From Macrostomum hystrix (lineage: Eukaryota; Animalia; Platyhelminthes): a stretch of 64,000 bases of DNA. Below, piece by piece: positions 25,641 to 39,215 of the stretch; position 1 is the first letter of the stretch, and every line of letters begins with the position of its first letter. A program made the translations under genes and the position numbers. The DNA lies in the NCBI GenBank assembly GCA_950097015.1, contig CATNEN010000001.1, positions 7,998,001 to 8,062,000 of the forward strand, given 5' to 3'. The notes beneath the pieces are model-generated. The model was not told the origin of the DNA, made no database searches, and saw only the letters and a program-made list of their open reading frames with translations.

Positions 25641-26303
25641 CAAATTATCCTCACCTCACTCAGTTGGCAAATTATCCTCACCTTACTCAGTTGGCAAATT
25701 ATCCTCACTTAGATGGCAAATTAGTTGGCAATTATCCCATGCCAAATTGTCCCCCTTTAAGTACTTACTACATACTTTATCCTGTGTGTCATTATGTATT
25801 TTGCGTTGATTATGTACTCGCAGAAATTTAGCCGTGATCTAAGTTTGAAAAGATTTGGAAATTTTCGGTATTGTAAACCTCCTGTGAATTTGCGCATTTC
25901 AGTAGTTGCTTTGCTTTGTTTTAGATGTGGTAGTGTGCGTGTGCTAGCAATCTATTAGTGTAGACTAGTGCCAAAAATCTGTTTACATCTCTCTCGTGCT
26001 AGGCACATAGGTCAAACTCTAACTGCACGTCTTAATTGGTTAGTCAAGGCCTTTGCTTTGAAAATTTTCATGCCTGTCTTGTTTTATAGCGTTAAATCTG
26101 GTCGGTTTCTATCTAGTAGATTCTGTTTAGATTAACTGATGACGACATCAGTTACGCATGGTGATAATTAACGTCATTTTTTCGTTGACGCAGTTAGCAT
26201 GCCATTGATACTCGTAGTTTAGAGACGTACGAGCGTAAAACGATAGATTTTTGCATTTGTAGACCAATGAGTACAAGAGCAAAGATATCTGCGAGATTTG
26301 AGT

Positions 26304-26945
26304 CAGTTATATAGGACACCTGAAGTATTAGAGACGGTTATAAGGACACCTGAAGTATTAGAGACAGTTATATGGACACCTGAAGTATTAGAGACAGTTA
26401 TATGGACACCTGAAGTGCAAGGGACAGTTATATAGGACACCTGAAGTATTAGAGACAGTTATATGGACACCTGAAGTATTAGAGACAGTTATATGTACAC
26501 CTGAAGTATTAGAGACAGTTATATAGGACACCTGAAGTATTAGAGACGGTTATAAGGACACCTGAAGTATTAGAGACAGTTATAAGGACACCTGAAGTAT
26601 TAGAGACAGTTATATGGACACCTGAAGTATAAGAAACAGTTATAAAGACACCTGAACTACAAAAAGCTGTTATATTGGACACCTGAAGTATAGGGGACAG
26701 TTATATTGAACCCCTGAAGTGTAAGGGACAGTTATATAGGACACCTGAAGTATCAGAGACAGTTATGAAGACACCTGAAGTGTTATAGACAGTTTTAAAG
26801 ACACCTGAAGTGTTATAGACAGTTATAAAGACACCTGAAGTGTTATAGACAGTTATAAAGACACCTGAAGTGTTATAGACAGTTATAAAGACACCTGAAG
26901 TGTTATAGACAGTTATAATGACATCTGAAGTATCAGATTCAGTTA
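26304..26945. repeat. 30/31-bp minisatellite AGTTATATGGACACCTGAAGTATTAGAGAC
   Basis: Directly visible; ends about 160 bp upstream of the TSR1 ATG. Confidence 0.95.
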
Positions 26946-27104
26946 TGTAGTATACCTGAATAATTCGATTCAATCGGAAAATTTATAACAGCGTGGTATT
27001 AACTTTTAAATATTTGAAAGTATTAAAGGTATTAACTTTTAATACCAAAGGTATTAAACAATTTTAGCAAGCAGAGATAATTCGACAATAGAAACTCCAC
27101 AACA

Positions 27105-30100
27105 ATGCGACCAACATCTGGCGCTAGCAGGCACAAGCCGGGCGCTTTCAAAACAGTGAACAAGACTCACAAATCTGGTAGGCACAAATCTAATCGCGGC
27201 CTAAAACGCGTCGTAGCCGGCAGTGGCCGAGTTTCAAAAGCGTCAACAACTACTAAGAGTAGTCACGCCAATGCTATCGCCGCCAAATCTGCCAGATTGA
27301 GAAAATTGCCAAAGTCTGAGCAGCGCAACCGGATGAAACTAATGCGCGAGGCTTCCCTAGCCAAGGCTGTCGGTAAGACTGTCGAAGAGTTGAGAGCTTT
27401 GAAAAGGGAAGCTTCGTCTAGTTCAATAAGCGTCGGGGGCAGTCGAGTAAAATCCGCATTAATTGCCGGAGCTCTGCCACCAGCTCTGGTGACATTCGTG
27501 TGCGCCGATGTCGATCTGCCGTGTCGACTATTGCAGGCCATGGCGGCACAGGGTGCTGGGAATTCAGCACCCCAGTTTCAGTTTAGATTCGCTCGACCTA
27601 CTGGTGAGTAGTGTGATTAGAATGCCTGTGGCTGCGTGTTTATTCAAATTCAAAATATTATTCGAACGGTTCAACGTACGATAAATAATAAGGGATTCTA
27701 TCATTCAGCATAATGAGTGAGTGGCTGAGCAATTAACGCGTTTGCCTCTTGCACCACGGTCCCTGAGTTCGATTCCACGGCGAGGCCACAATCATTTGGG
27801 CTCAACAGCGGAGAGAAGGCCTGCGGGCTTGTCGTGCCATTTATGCCATTGAGGGCCAACATCCAAGGCACATTGGCAGTGTACCATCCCCATTCCCGCT
27901 GGCTGCGGGTCTAGTGTCACCAAATGACGTGCCATTGCTCGCAGCCCTCCTGCAATCTTTATTATTATTACGAGCATATCATCCTTCACCATAATTAGGA
28001 GTATATGATGTAAGTTTTTTTAGATTTGTGAAACCCTTAATAAGGATGGGGACTCAAATTTTTAGGGTTGAGATTTTATGATTTAGGATTGGGATTTTAT
28101 GATTTAGGATTGGGATTCTAAGGTTTAGGATTGGGATTCTAAGGTTTAGGATTGGGATTCTAAGGTTTAGGATTGGGATTCTAAGGTTTAGGATTGGGAT
28201 TCTATGGTTTAGGATTAAGATTGTATGATTTAGGATTGTGATTCTAAGGTTTAGGATTGGGATTCTATGATTTAGGATTGGAATTATATGGTTTAGGATT
28301 GGGATTTTATGATTTAGGATTGTGATTCTAAGGTTTAGGATTGGGATTCTATGATTTAGGATTGGAATTCTATGGTTTAGGATTGGGATTTTATGATTTA
28401 GGGTTGGGATTCTAAGGTTTAGGATTAGGATTCTATGATTTAGGGTTGGGATTCTAAGGTTTAGGATTAGGATTCTATGATTTAGGGTTGGGATTCTATG
28501 GTTTAGGATTGGGATTCTCTGATTTAGGGTTGGGATTCTATGGTTTAGGATTAAGATTGTATGATTTAGGATTGTGATTCTAAGGTTTAGGATTGGGATT
28601 CTATGATTTAGGGTTGGGATTCTATGGTTTAGGATTAGGATTCTATGATTTAGGATTAAGATTGTATGATTTAGGATTGTGATTCTAAGGTTTAGGATTG
28701 GGATTCTATGATTTAGGATTGGGATTCTAAGGTTTAGGATTGGGATTCTATGATTTAGGATTGGGATTCTATGATTTAGGGTTGGGATTCTATGATTTAG
28801 GATTGGGATTCTATGATTTAGGGTTGGGATTCTAAGGTTTAGGATTGGGATTCTATGATTTAGGGTTGGGATTCTAAGGTTTAGGATTGGGATTCTATGA
28901 TTTAGGGTTGGGATTCTATGGTTTAGGATTGGGATTCTATGATTTAGGGTTGGGATTCTAAGGTTTAGGATTGGGATTCTATAGTTTAGGATTGGGATTC
29001 GATGATTTAGGGTTGGGATTCTATGGTTTAGGATTAAGATTCTATGATTTAGGGTTGGGATTCTATGGTTTAGGATTAAGATTCTATGATTTAGGGTTGG
29101 GATTCTAAGGTTTAGGATTAGGATTCTATGATTTAGGGTTGGGATTCTAAGGTTTAGGATTAAGATTCTATGATTTAGGGTTGGGATTCTATGGTTTAGG
29201 ATTAAGATTCTATGATTTAGGGTTGGGATTCTAAGGTTTAGGATTGGGATTCTATAGTTTAGGATTGGGATTCGATGATTTAGGGTTGGGATTCTATGGT
29301 TTAGGATTAAGATTCTATGATTTAGGGTTGGGATTCTATGGTTTAGGATTAAGATTCTATGATTTAGGGTTGGGATTCTATGATTTAGGATTAAGATTCT
29401 ATGATTTAGGGTTGGGATTCTATGGTTTAGGATTAAGATTCTATGATTTAGGGTTGGGATTCTATGGTTTAGGATTAAGATTCTATGATTTAGGGTTGGG
29501 ATTCTAAGGTTTAGGATTGGGATTCTATAGTTTAGGATTGGGATTCGATGATTTAGGGTTGGGATTCTATGATTTAGGATTAAGATTCTATGATTTAGGG
29601 TTGGGATTCTATGGTTTAGGATTAAGATTCTATGATTTAGGGTTGGGATTCTATGGTTTAGGATTGGGATTCTATGATTTAGGATTAAGATTCTATGATT
29701 TAGGGTTGGGATTCTATGGTTTAGGATTAAGATTCTATGATTTAGGGTTGGGATTCTATGGTTTAGGATTAAGATTCTATGATTTAGGGTTGGGATTCTA
29801 AGGTTTAGGATTGGGATTCTATAGTTTAGGATTGGGATTCGATGATTTAGGGTTGGGATTCTATGGTTTAGGATTAAGATTCTATGATTTAGGGTTGGGA
29901 TTCTATGGTTTAGGATTAAGATTCTATGATTTAGGGTTGGGATTCTAAGGTTTAGGATTAGGATTCTATGATTTAGGGTTGGGATTCTAAGGTTTAGGAT
30001 TAAGATTCTATGATTTAGGGTTGGGATTCTATGGTTTAGGATTAAGATTCTATGATTTAGGGTTGGGATTCTAAGGTTTAGGATTGGGATTCTTTGATTT

Positions 30101-33100
30101 AGGATTGGAATTCTATGGTTTAGGATTGGGATTCTATGATTTAGGATTAGAGTTGAAATCCCGAATTTAGGATTTAAATTCCTAATTAAAAGCAAGTTTC
30201 ATTAGTTTAGGATTCAAATTCTTCATGTTTTTATCAAACTCAAATCCAATCAAACCTATTTAGAATCGCCATCGGCTCAACTGGAATTCCTGGATCTAGC
30301 CAAAGTGTCGGACGCATTAGTCCTAACCTTTCAAGCTGGTTCACAATTTACCGAACAGTTTCAACGCTTCCTATCAATCTTGTACGCCCAGGGCCTGCCT
30401 AGTCAGCTGTACGCGGCCGTACTAACAGCCGCCGATAGTCAGCGGGATCGCAAAGCCTGGGAGAAAGCCACTAAAGCTGATTTGGAAAGGCACGGCTTCG
30501 GATTACCGTCAGATTGCGGCCTATTGGCTATCAGGGACAGCTCAGATTTGAGTAGCCTGTTGCGCAGGATTGCCAGCAAACGGCTGGCTAGCAGCGGCGC
30601 CCACGCGGCCGTTGTTGGAGCCAAGAAAGTCTCTGCGGCTAGCAAAATTGGCAAAGCTTGCCCGGCTTTTGCTAAGGCCCGTTGCTACGGACTCGCTGAA
30701 CAGGTGAGCTGGACTTATTGCAATTAGGGGTTGGATTGTAGAGCTGTAGAAAATCATGCATAGAAAAGTAGACGAAGGGATTAGGGATTAAAAAGAACAG
30801 GTAATCGAATTAAAGAGGAGGTAAAAAACATCCTAGGTAGAATCGAAGAGGCAAGGAAAACTAAGGGTAGAATCGCACAGGGGAAGATCAGGGGTAGAAT
30901 CGGAGTTGTTTTAGAAGACCAGGGGTAGAATCGCACAGGGGAAGATCAGGGGTAGAATCGGAGTTGTTTTAGAAGACCAGGGGTAGAATCGGAGTTGTTT
31001 TAGAAGACCAGGGGTAGAATCGGAGTTGTTTCAGAAGACCAGGGGTAGAATCGGAGTTGTTTTTGAAGACCAGGGGTAGAATCGGAGTTGTTTTAGAAGA
31101 CCAGGGGTAGAATCGGAGTTGTTTTAGAAGACCAGGGGTAGAATCGAAGTTTTTTTAGAAGACCAGGGGTAGAATCGGACTGGGGAAGAAGATCAGGGGT
31201 AGAATCGGACTGGGGAAGAAGATCGGGGGTAGAATCGGACTGGGGAAGAAGATCAGGGGTAGAATCGGACTGGGGAAGAAGATCGGGGGTAGAATCGGAC
31301 TGGGGAAGATGATCAGGGGTAGAATCGGACTGGGGAAGAAGATCGGGGGTAGAATCGGACTGGGGAAGAAGATCAGGGGTAGAATCGGACTGGGGAAAAA
31401 GATCAGGGGTAGAATCGGACTGGTGAAGAAGATCGGGGGTAGAATCAGAGGAGGTAAAAAATCGGGGGTAGAATCGGAGTGGAAGATCCTGATTTATTCT
31501 TACCTTTCTGCTTACTCTCCAGGTAAGCCAGCTGCCGCAGTCCCGTCAGTTGCGCCTAGTTACTCACATCCGAGGCGCTGGTCCGGTTGGTTTGAGCACA
31601 GGCGACCTGCTTCACCTAGTTGGCTGGGGTGATTATCGCCTGATTGGCTGGACTGAGGCGACTGTTGAGAATGACAAGGTGAGCCTACTCAAGTGGCGTC
31701 AGTTAACAGTAGGTCGAAATTTGATAGGTCAAAAATAAATTTATCATGTTTCGTCAATATTCAGGACGTTGAGATGGACGTGAATCCAGACGACAATAAA
31801 GTAGACGAGCCGCAGCCGACTATGATGGAAGCTATTTTTGGCGAAAATGAGCAGCCTGCCAGAAAAGAAGTTAAATTTGTTGACAATCAATTTGAAGAGT
31901 CAGAAGCCGCAGTGCCGTCGTCTGAGCTAGACTTTCCTGACGAGGTCGACACCCCGAAGGATGTGCCGGCTCGTGACAGATTCTCTCGCTACCGATTGCT
32001 AACGGACTCAGCCTGGGATCCGTGGGATAATCTGCCGGATAGCTACGCTAATCTGGTTCGATTCTCAAATTTCACGCACGCTAGAAATCGCATTGTTAAG
32101 CTGGCGAAAGCTTCAGCCAAAGAAATGTCAGTTGGTCAGAGGGTGGCCCTAATACTGGAACAACTGCCATTGTCTGTTAGCACCGCTGTTGATGCTGCTA
32201 CTGAGGTGAGTAGTATGCTCTGATATCTATTGTTTTGCGTGCACTGTATAACATAAGAGACACCTCAGATCCCCAAAAGACACATCAGATCCCCAAAAGA
32301 CACCTCAAATCCCCAAAAGACACCTCAGATCCCCAAAAGACACCTCAGATCCCCAAAAGACACCTCAGATCCCCAAAAGACACCTCAGATCCCCAAAAGA
32401 CACCTCAGATCCCTAAAAGACACATCAGATCCCCAAAAGACACCTCAGATCCCCAAAAGACACCTCAGATCCCTAAAAGACACCTCAGATCCCCAAAAGA
32501 CACATCAGATTCTCTAAAGGTACTTCAGATCCTCGAAAGAAATATCAGCTTCTCCAAAAGGCTACTAAGATCTACGAAAGACACCCAAAGTTTCCGAAAG
32601 ACAACACATCCTTTGGACACCCCAGATTTTCCAGATTCTACTATAGACACCCCAGATTCTACCCTAGACACCCCAGATTCTACCATAGACACTCCAGATT
32701 CTAACAGATTCTACTATGGACACCCCAGATTCTAACACAGACACAACAGATTCTACCATAGACACCCCAGATTCTACCATAGACACCCCAGATTCTACCC
32801 TAGACACCACAGATTCTAACACAGACACAACAGATTATACTATGGACACCCCAGATTCTAACAGACATATCAGATTCTACCATGGACACCCAAGATTCTA
32901 CCCTAGACACCCCAGATTCTAACACAGACACAACAGATTCTACCATGGACACCCCAGATTCTAACACAGAAACATCAGATTCTACCCTAGACACCACAGA
33001 TTCTACCACAGACACCCCAGATTCTACCCTAGACACCCCAGATTCTACCCTAGACACCCCAGATACTACCACAGACACAACAGATTCTACTATGGACACC

Positions 33101-34027
33101 CTAGATTCTGCTATAGACACCCCTGATTCTACCATAGACACCCCAGATTTTACAATTGACACCCCAGATTTTACTATAGACACCATAGATTATCCAAAAG
33201 ACACATTTGACAAGACATCCAAAAGTAAGCTAGACATCATTCGAACACCAGTCTAGACACACACACAATTGTACCAGGTGTTGAACTGCTAACCTTCCTT
33301 CCCTCACTATGCCATTGCCCAGCTGCCCAGGCCAGCCTCATCTACGCCAGTGCTAGTTTGGTATCGCATGCTGGAGCACGAAGATCGTTTCAGCCTAGTG
33401 AATTGTTTAGTCCGGCTAAATCCTAATCGCCAGTTGCCATTTGGCTCTGATAGGAATCGCCTGCTGTTCTGGCAGGTAGGCTGGCGCAGATTCTTTGCCG
33501 GGCCTGTACTGAGCGAACCTGATAACAATAGCAATAGTAAAACTGGTCACAGACTGTGCCTGCGTCATCTACTGCCTGGCGAGCACGCGGTCGCTTCATT
33601 TCAAGCTCCGCTGACATTCACCCCGGCTCCTGTCATCGCTCTACAGTCGCCGTCAAATCCTGAGCAGGGCGCTCACAGTCTATTATTTAGCGGCATACTA
33701 GAATCCTGCGACCCTAGTCGCATTGTGCTGAAGCGAGCCATTCTTTCTGGTCAGCCGTTCAAAATTCACAAACGTTCAGCTGTGATTCGCTACCTATTCT
33801 TTAATCCCGAGGACGCGTTGTACTATCGCGAGGCTGCCAATTTGCGCACTAAACACGGCAGACGAGGCAAAATTCTTGAACCAGTTGGAACTCACGGCCT
33901 GTGCAAGTGCCGATTCGACGGACCAGTTACTAATATGGACACTGTACTATTGGACCTGTACAAGAGACAGTTTCCTAAGCTTAACTATCGACCAGCGGCT
34001 GTGGCTGCTGAGACACTGAAATTTTGA
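27105..34027 (+). CDS. TSR1: Pre-rRNA processing protein TSR1 (Bms1/Tsr1 family), about 746 aa, 5 exons
   Basis: Exons 27105-27603 (HKPGAFKTVNKTHKSGRHKS), 30264-30703 (LDLAKVSD), 31523-31678 (LLHLVGWGDY), 31765-32205 (FPDEVDTPKDVPARDRFSRYR...WDPWDNLP), 33323-34027 (RIVLKRAILSGQPFKIHKRSAVIRYLFFNPED...GTHGLCKCRFDG...LYKRQFPK); phases are consistent. Confidence 0.95.
27717..27972 (+). mobile_element. tRNA-derived SINE, family 2
   Basis: GTGGCTGAGC...GAGTTCGATTCCACGGCGAGGCCAC...GCAGCCCTCCTGCAA and a (TTA)n tail; homologous copies near 42550, 44325 and 46668. Confidence 0.8.
28060..30150. repeat. 21-bp minisatellite TTTAGG(A/G)TTGGGATTCTA(TGA/AGG), 2.1 kb, in TSR1 intron 1
   Basis: Directly visible; higher-order marker variants spaced 273/273/294 bp. 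Confidence 0.97.
30865..31480. repeat. 30/29-bp minisatellite GGGGTAGAATCGGA... in TSR1 intron 2
   Basis: Two sub-arrays sharing GGGGTAGAATCG. Confidence 0.95.
32258..33195. repeat. 20-bp (GACACCTCAGATCCCCAAAA) and 21-bp (GACACCCCAGATTCTACCATA) minisatellites in TSR1 intron 4
   Basis: Directly visible tandem units. Confidence 0.95.
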
Positions 34028-34329
34028 TGAGGAAATTGCTTTTCTGACTCTGTTTTTCCCCTCTATTTTCTGGTTTATTCTTGACGTAACTTAACGATGA
34101 AAGTGCATTGTGAACTGGCGACATATTGGCCGAAAGTAGATTGTTATGAATGTTCCGTTTGTTTTTGGACATTCTCACAATTGTTTTCTTGTTTATTTCA
34201 TGACTAACTAAGATTTTTGGGCAGAGCAACTCATCAATTTTCTAATCAAGAGTGAGCACCTCTTAATAGATCATTTAGATCTATTAGTAATCATTTGATA
34301 GCTATGACTTGTAGACACAATTCTATCTT

Positions 34330-35575
34330 TTAGACACCTCTCTGATCTGTTAGATACATCTCTGATCTATTAGACATATCTGATCTATTAGACACATCTG
34401 ATCTATTAGACATATCTGATCTATTAGACACATCTGATCTATTAGACATATCTGATCTATTAGACATATCTCAGATCTATTAGACACATCTCTGCCTATT
34501 ATACATATCTCTGATCTATTAGACATATCTGATCTATTAGACATCTCTGATCTATTAGACATATCTGATCTATTAGACATATCTGATCTATTAGACATCT
34601 CTGATCTATTAGACATATCTGATCTATTAGACATATGTCAGATCTATTAGACACATCTCTGCCTATTATACATATCTCTGATCTATAAGACACATCTCTG
34701 ATCTATTAGACATATCTGATCTATTAGACACATCTGATCTATTAGACATATCTGATCTATTAGACATATCTGATCTATTAGACATATCTCAGATCTATTA
34801 GACACATCTCTGCCTATTATACATATCTCTGATCTATTAGACATATCTGATCTATTAGACATCTCTGATCTATTAGACATATCTGATCTATTAGACATAT
34901 CTGATCTATTAGACATCTCTGATCTATTAGACATATCTGATCTATTAGACATATGTCAGATCTATTAGACACATCTCTGCCTATTATACATATCTCTGAT
35001 CTATAAGACACATCTCTGATCTATTAGACATATCTGATCTATTAGACACATCTGATCTATTAGACATATCTGATCTATTAGACATATCTGATCTATTAGA
35101 CATATCTCAGATCTATTAGACACATCTGATCTATTAGACACATCTGATCTATTAGACATATCTGATCTATTAGACACATCTGATCTATTAGACATATCTG
35201 ATCTATTAGACATATCTGATCTATTAGACATATCTCAGATCTATTAGACACATCTCTGCCTATTATACATATCTCTGATCTATTAGACACATCTCTGATC
35301 TATTAGACATATCTGATCTATTAGACATCTCTGATCTATTAGACACCTCTCTGATCTATTAGACACCTCTCTGATCTATTAGACATATCTGATCTATTAG
35401 ACATATCTGATCTATTAGACACCTCTCTGATCTATTAGACACCTCTCTGATCTATTTGACATATTTATGATCTTTTAGAGACATCTCTGATCTATTAGAC
35501 ACCTCTCTGATCTATTAGACACCTCTCTGATCTATTAGACACCTGTCTGATCTATTCGAAACATCTGTAATCTAT
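34330..35575. repeat. 18/20-bp minisatellite TCTGATCTATTAGACA(T/C)A
   Basis: Tandem units with a 318-bp higher-order period. Confidence 0.96.
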
Positions 35576-35794
35576 TAGATCCACGAGTATTAGTTATCTT
35601 TAAGATGAAATAGAAACCTCTAGTCTTTCACTTATATTTCACATCTAATGGACAGATTTCGTTCTGATAATTCCGATAACTCGCTGCTCTAGTTATTATT
35701 TGATTCTTCTAAGCTTGTTTATTCGAGCCTAAGTACCTTTTCACTCATATTGTCCTCATCACTGTTTTCCAGTTATCAAGAATACCATTTCGGC

Positions 35795-37820
35795 ATGGGT
35801 CAAAGTAATTCCCAAATCACTGTTCTGCCTCCGGCCATTATGGACATGATGGGCTACAAGGTGAAAGTGATCGACCTGCCAGATAGCCAGCTAGCTAAAG
35901 ATATTCTTAGAAGAACTAACAAATACCTGCTGCGCCTACACCCGGACAAGCTGGATCTAGTTGGCCGGCATGACAGTAAAATCGCCTGCCAAATCAGTTT
36001 CTATGATGTTCGCGAACTCAACCAAATCGGCCGAGTCATCACCATTAGCCTGGGCAGATCCAGCTGCTTTGGTCCCGGTCGCATGATTCTGCGTTGCAGT
36101 AAAACATTGTCTAGCAGCTTAATCTCTTCTAGTTTCATCGGCAGGGCCCGCCGACTATCTAATGAAGTTTCTACGCTGTCGCCGCAGCAACAGCAGCAGC
36201 AGCGTCGGCACTTGAGTCTACAAGCCTCTCCAACTGGATTGATCTATCGTCAGCAGCAGCTCAGGCAGTCGCGACAGCTACCCCAGGCGCCGCCTTCGCT
36301 TGCAAACGCTTCATCTTCTAGAGCTAGTTACAACAGCGAGCTTTCGGTCTCTCTAGCCGATGGCGCTGCTAGTTCTAGGTCTTCACCAACCAGTCGCAAT
36401 TTTAACGGCACCAGTAATATTACTAACAGTACTATTATATTTCCATCCACTGCTCGCACAAGTTTTCAAGAGGAATTCGCGGAGGATGGCGACGGCTATT
36501 TGCCAATGCTACCTGGTTAGCTTCTTTAGCTTTTTTACATTTTATAAATCCGTTTTCATGTTGCCGATAGGTTGGCCTCTTTAATTTATTAATCGTCGTA
36601 TGCGAGAATGTACTCGTAAACTGGTCGATAAGTAGTCATTTTAATTGGCTGATAATTGACCTGTACTTCTACTTTAATCGCCACAAAAAGGCCTTTTTAA
36701 TTGGAGAATAAGGAGCCTTGGAATTAGCTTATAAGAAGGCCTCTCTAATTGTTCGGTAAGCAGCGAGACTTCTAACTAGCTGATAAGAAGGCCTCTCTAA
36801 TTGTTCGGTAAGCAGCGAGCCTTCTAACTAGCTGATAAGAAGGCCTCTCTAATTGTTCGGTAAGCAGCGAGCCTTCTAACTAGCTGATAAGAAGGCCTCT
36901 CTAATTGTTCGGTAAGCAGCGAGCCTTCTAACTAGCTGATAAGAAGGCCTCTCTAATTGTTCGGTAAGCAGCGAGCCTTCTAACTAGCTGATAAGAAGGC
37001 CTCTCTAATTGTTCGGTAAGCAGCGAGCCTTCTTACTAGCTGATAAGAAGGCCTCTCTAATTGTATTTTTAATTGGCTAATGATTTCTGGTAGATAAGAA
37101 CTTTGTACTTCAACAGATGAGTAGCCAGTATTTATTTTATCGACTTCTATAAATTTCTTAGGCAGTCGACGCATCTCAGAAGCCGGCGTCGCCGGAACTG
37201 TGGCCTCTCTATCGGATGCTGCAACTGCCGCTGCTGCTGTCGCCGCTGCTGCTTTAGCCACGCCAGTCACTTCATCAGTTCAACAGCTGTCAGACGAATA
37301 TGTGCTGCCTGTGTCAGCCGATGCTGCCACCAGTTTTGCGCCAGAACGGCAAAGCCAATTCGATATTTATCTAAGCGAATTAGACGATAGCAACTATAAT
37401 AGTATCGCCAACAATCATAATACAGTTAGCAGTAGTGGCACTGAGCAGTTCCAAACAGCTACCAACACCAGATCATCGGTCTATGAGAATCTGCCTGTAT
37501 CGCCTGCTACTGTTAGTAGAAGCGCAACAACTATCGGCGATGGTAGATACGCCTGCATCGATTGGAATCAGGTGATGCAGGACTCGCTGCAGTATGTTGA
37601 TAGCAGCGGTTCGACTGTTACTACTGCCGCAACTCGAGCTGCTAGTAGTGTATCGCGTGCCACTTCAGTTTCCACTCTGTCCACTGTAGTTAATTCCACT
37701 GTGGACATTGAAGACGCCACAGAGGCTTTGAACTACGTGTTCATTGACGCCGCCAGGACCCAAGCCATACGTGACCTGCTTGTAGATAAGGCGGAAAGCA
37801 GGATTGGAGCCGGCAATTAA
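35795..37820 (+). CDS. Myristoylated IRS-type PTB docking protein (FRS2/DOK/IRS-like), about 459 aa, 2 exons
   Basis: Exons 35795-36515 and 37162-37820 (phase 1); MGQSNS myristoylation motif; PTB-like ISFYDVR...ITISLGRSSCFGPGRMILRC; Tyr motifs YLPM, YENL, YACID, LNYVFID. Confidence 0.72.
36728..37062. repeat. 52-bp minisatellite in the adaptor-gene intron
   Basis: ATAAGAAGGCCTCTCTAATTGTTCGGTAAGCAGCGAGCCTTCTAACTAGCTG, about 6 copies. Confidence 0.95.
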
Positions 37821-38029
37821 TATCTATAAACCTATGTCTACGTTTATAGACATAAAATTATGTCTAACAAAACTTATTTTTTACAATGTTACAAAGTTAT
37901 AATGTCCATTTTTAGTTAGTGAGTTGAAAACAAGGATTTCTAACAAATTAAATTTGTAATATCAAATATAATTTGAAATTAGAAAATTAGAAATTATTAA
38001 TATCTGTTAGATTCTAAGAGACTCCCCTT

Positions 38030-39215
38030 GAATTTCTAAGAAAGTCTACATAAGTTTCTAAGAAAGTCTACTTACGTCTCTAAGAAAGTCTACATAAGTT
38101 TCTAAGAAAGTCTGCATAAGTTTCTAAGAAAGTCTACATAAGTTTCTAAGAAAGTCTACATAAGTTTCTAAGAAAGTCTACTTAAGTCTCTAAGAAAGTC
38201 AACTTAAGTCTCTAAGAAAGTCTACTTAAGTCTCTAAGAAAGTCTACACAAGTTTCTAAGAAAGTCTACTTTAAGTCTCTAAGAAAGTCTGCATAAGTTT
38301 CTAAGAAAGTCTACATAAGTTTCTAAGAAAGTCTACATAAGTTTCTAGGAAAGTCTGCATAAGTTTCTAAGAAAGTCTACTTAAGTCTCTAAGAAAGTCT
38401 ACTTTAAGTCTCTAAGAAAGTCTACTTAAGTCTCTAAGAAAGTCTACATAAGTTTCTAAGAAAGTCTACTTTAAGTCTCTAAGAAAGTCTGCATAAGTTT
38501 CTAAGAAAGTCTACATAAGTTTCTAAGAAAGTCTACACAAGTTTCTAAGAAAGTCTACTTAAGTCTCTAAGAAAGTCTACATAAGTTTCTAAGAAAGTCT
38601 ACTTAAGTCTCTAAGAAAGTCTACATAAGTTTCTAAGAAAGTCTTCTTAAGTCTCTAAGAAAGTCTACATAAGTTTCTCAGAAAGTCTACTTAAGTCTCT
38701 AAGAAAGTCTACATAAGTTTCTAGGAAAGTCTGCATAAGTCTCTAAGAAAGTCTGCATAAGTTTCTAAGAAAGTCTGCATAAGTTTCTAAGAAAGTCTAC
38801 ATAAGTTTCTAAGAAAGTCTGCATAAGTTTATAAGAAAGTCTACATAAGTCTCTAAGAAAGTCTACATAAGTTTCTAAAAAAGTCTGCATAAGTCTCTAA
38901 GAAAGTCTACATAAGTCTCTAAGAAAGTCTACATAAGTTTCTAAGAAAGTCTACATAAGTTTCTAAGAAAGTCTGCATAAGTTTATAAGAAAGTCTACAT
39001 AAGTCTCTAAGAAAGTCTACATAAGTTTCTAAAAAAGTCTGCATAAGTCTCTAAGAAAGTCTACTTAAGTCTCTAAGAAAGTCTACTTAAGTTTCTAAGA
39101 AAGTCTGCATAAGTTTCTAAGAAAGTCTGCATAAGTTTCTAAGAAAGTCTACATAAGTCTCTAAGAAAGTCTACATAAGTTTCTAAGAAAGTCTGCATAA
39201 GTCTCTAAGAAACTC
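38030..39215. repeat. 21-bp minisatellite TCTAAGAAAGTCTACATAAGT
   Basis: Directly visible tandem units. Confidence 0.96.

Noticed and set aside
28054-30195. 713-aa ORF of LNHRIPT repeats
   Set aside because: Translation of a 21-bp minisatellite antisense within TSR1 intron 1; a unit divisible by 3 keeps the frame open
24440-39215. CRISPR-like regular repeats
   Set aside because: No unique spacers and no cas genes; these are eukaryotic minisatellites
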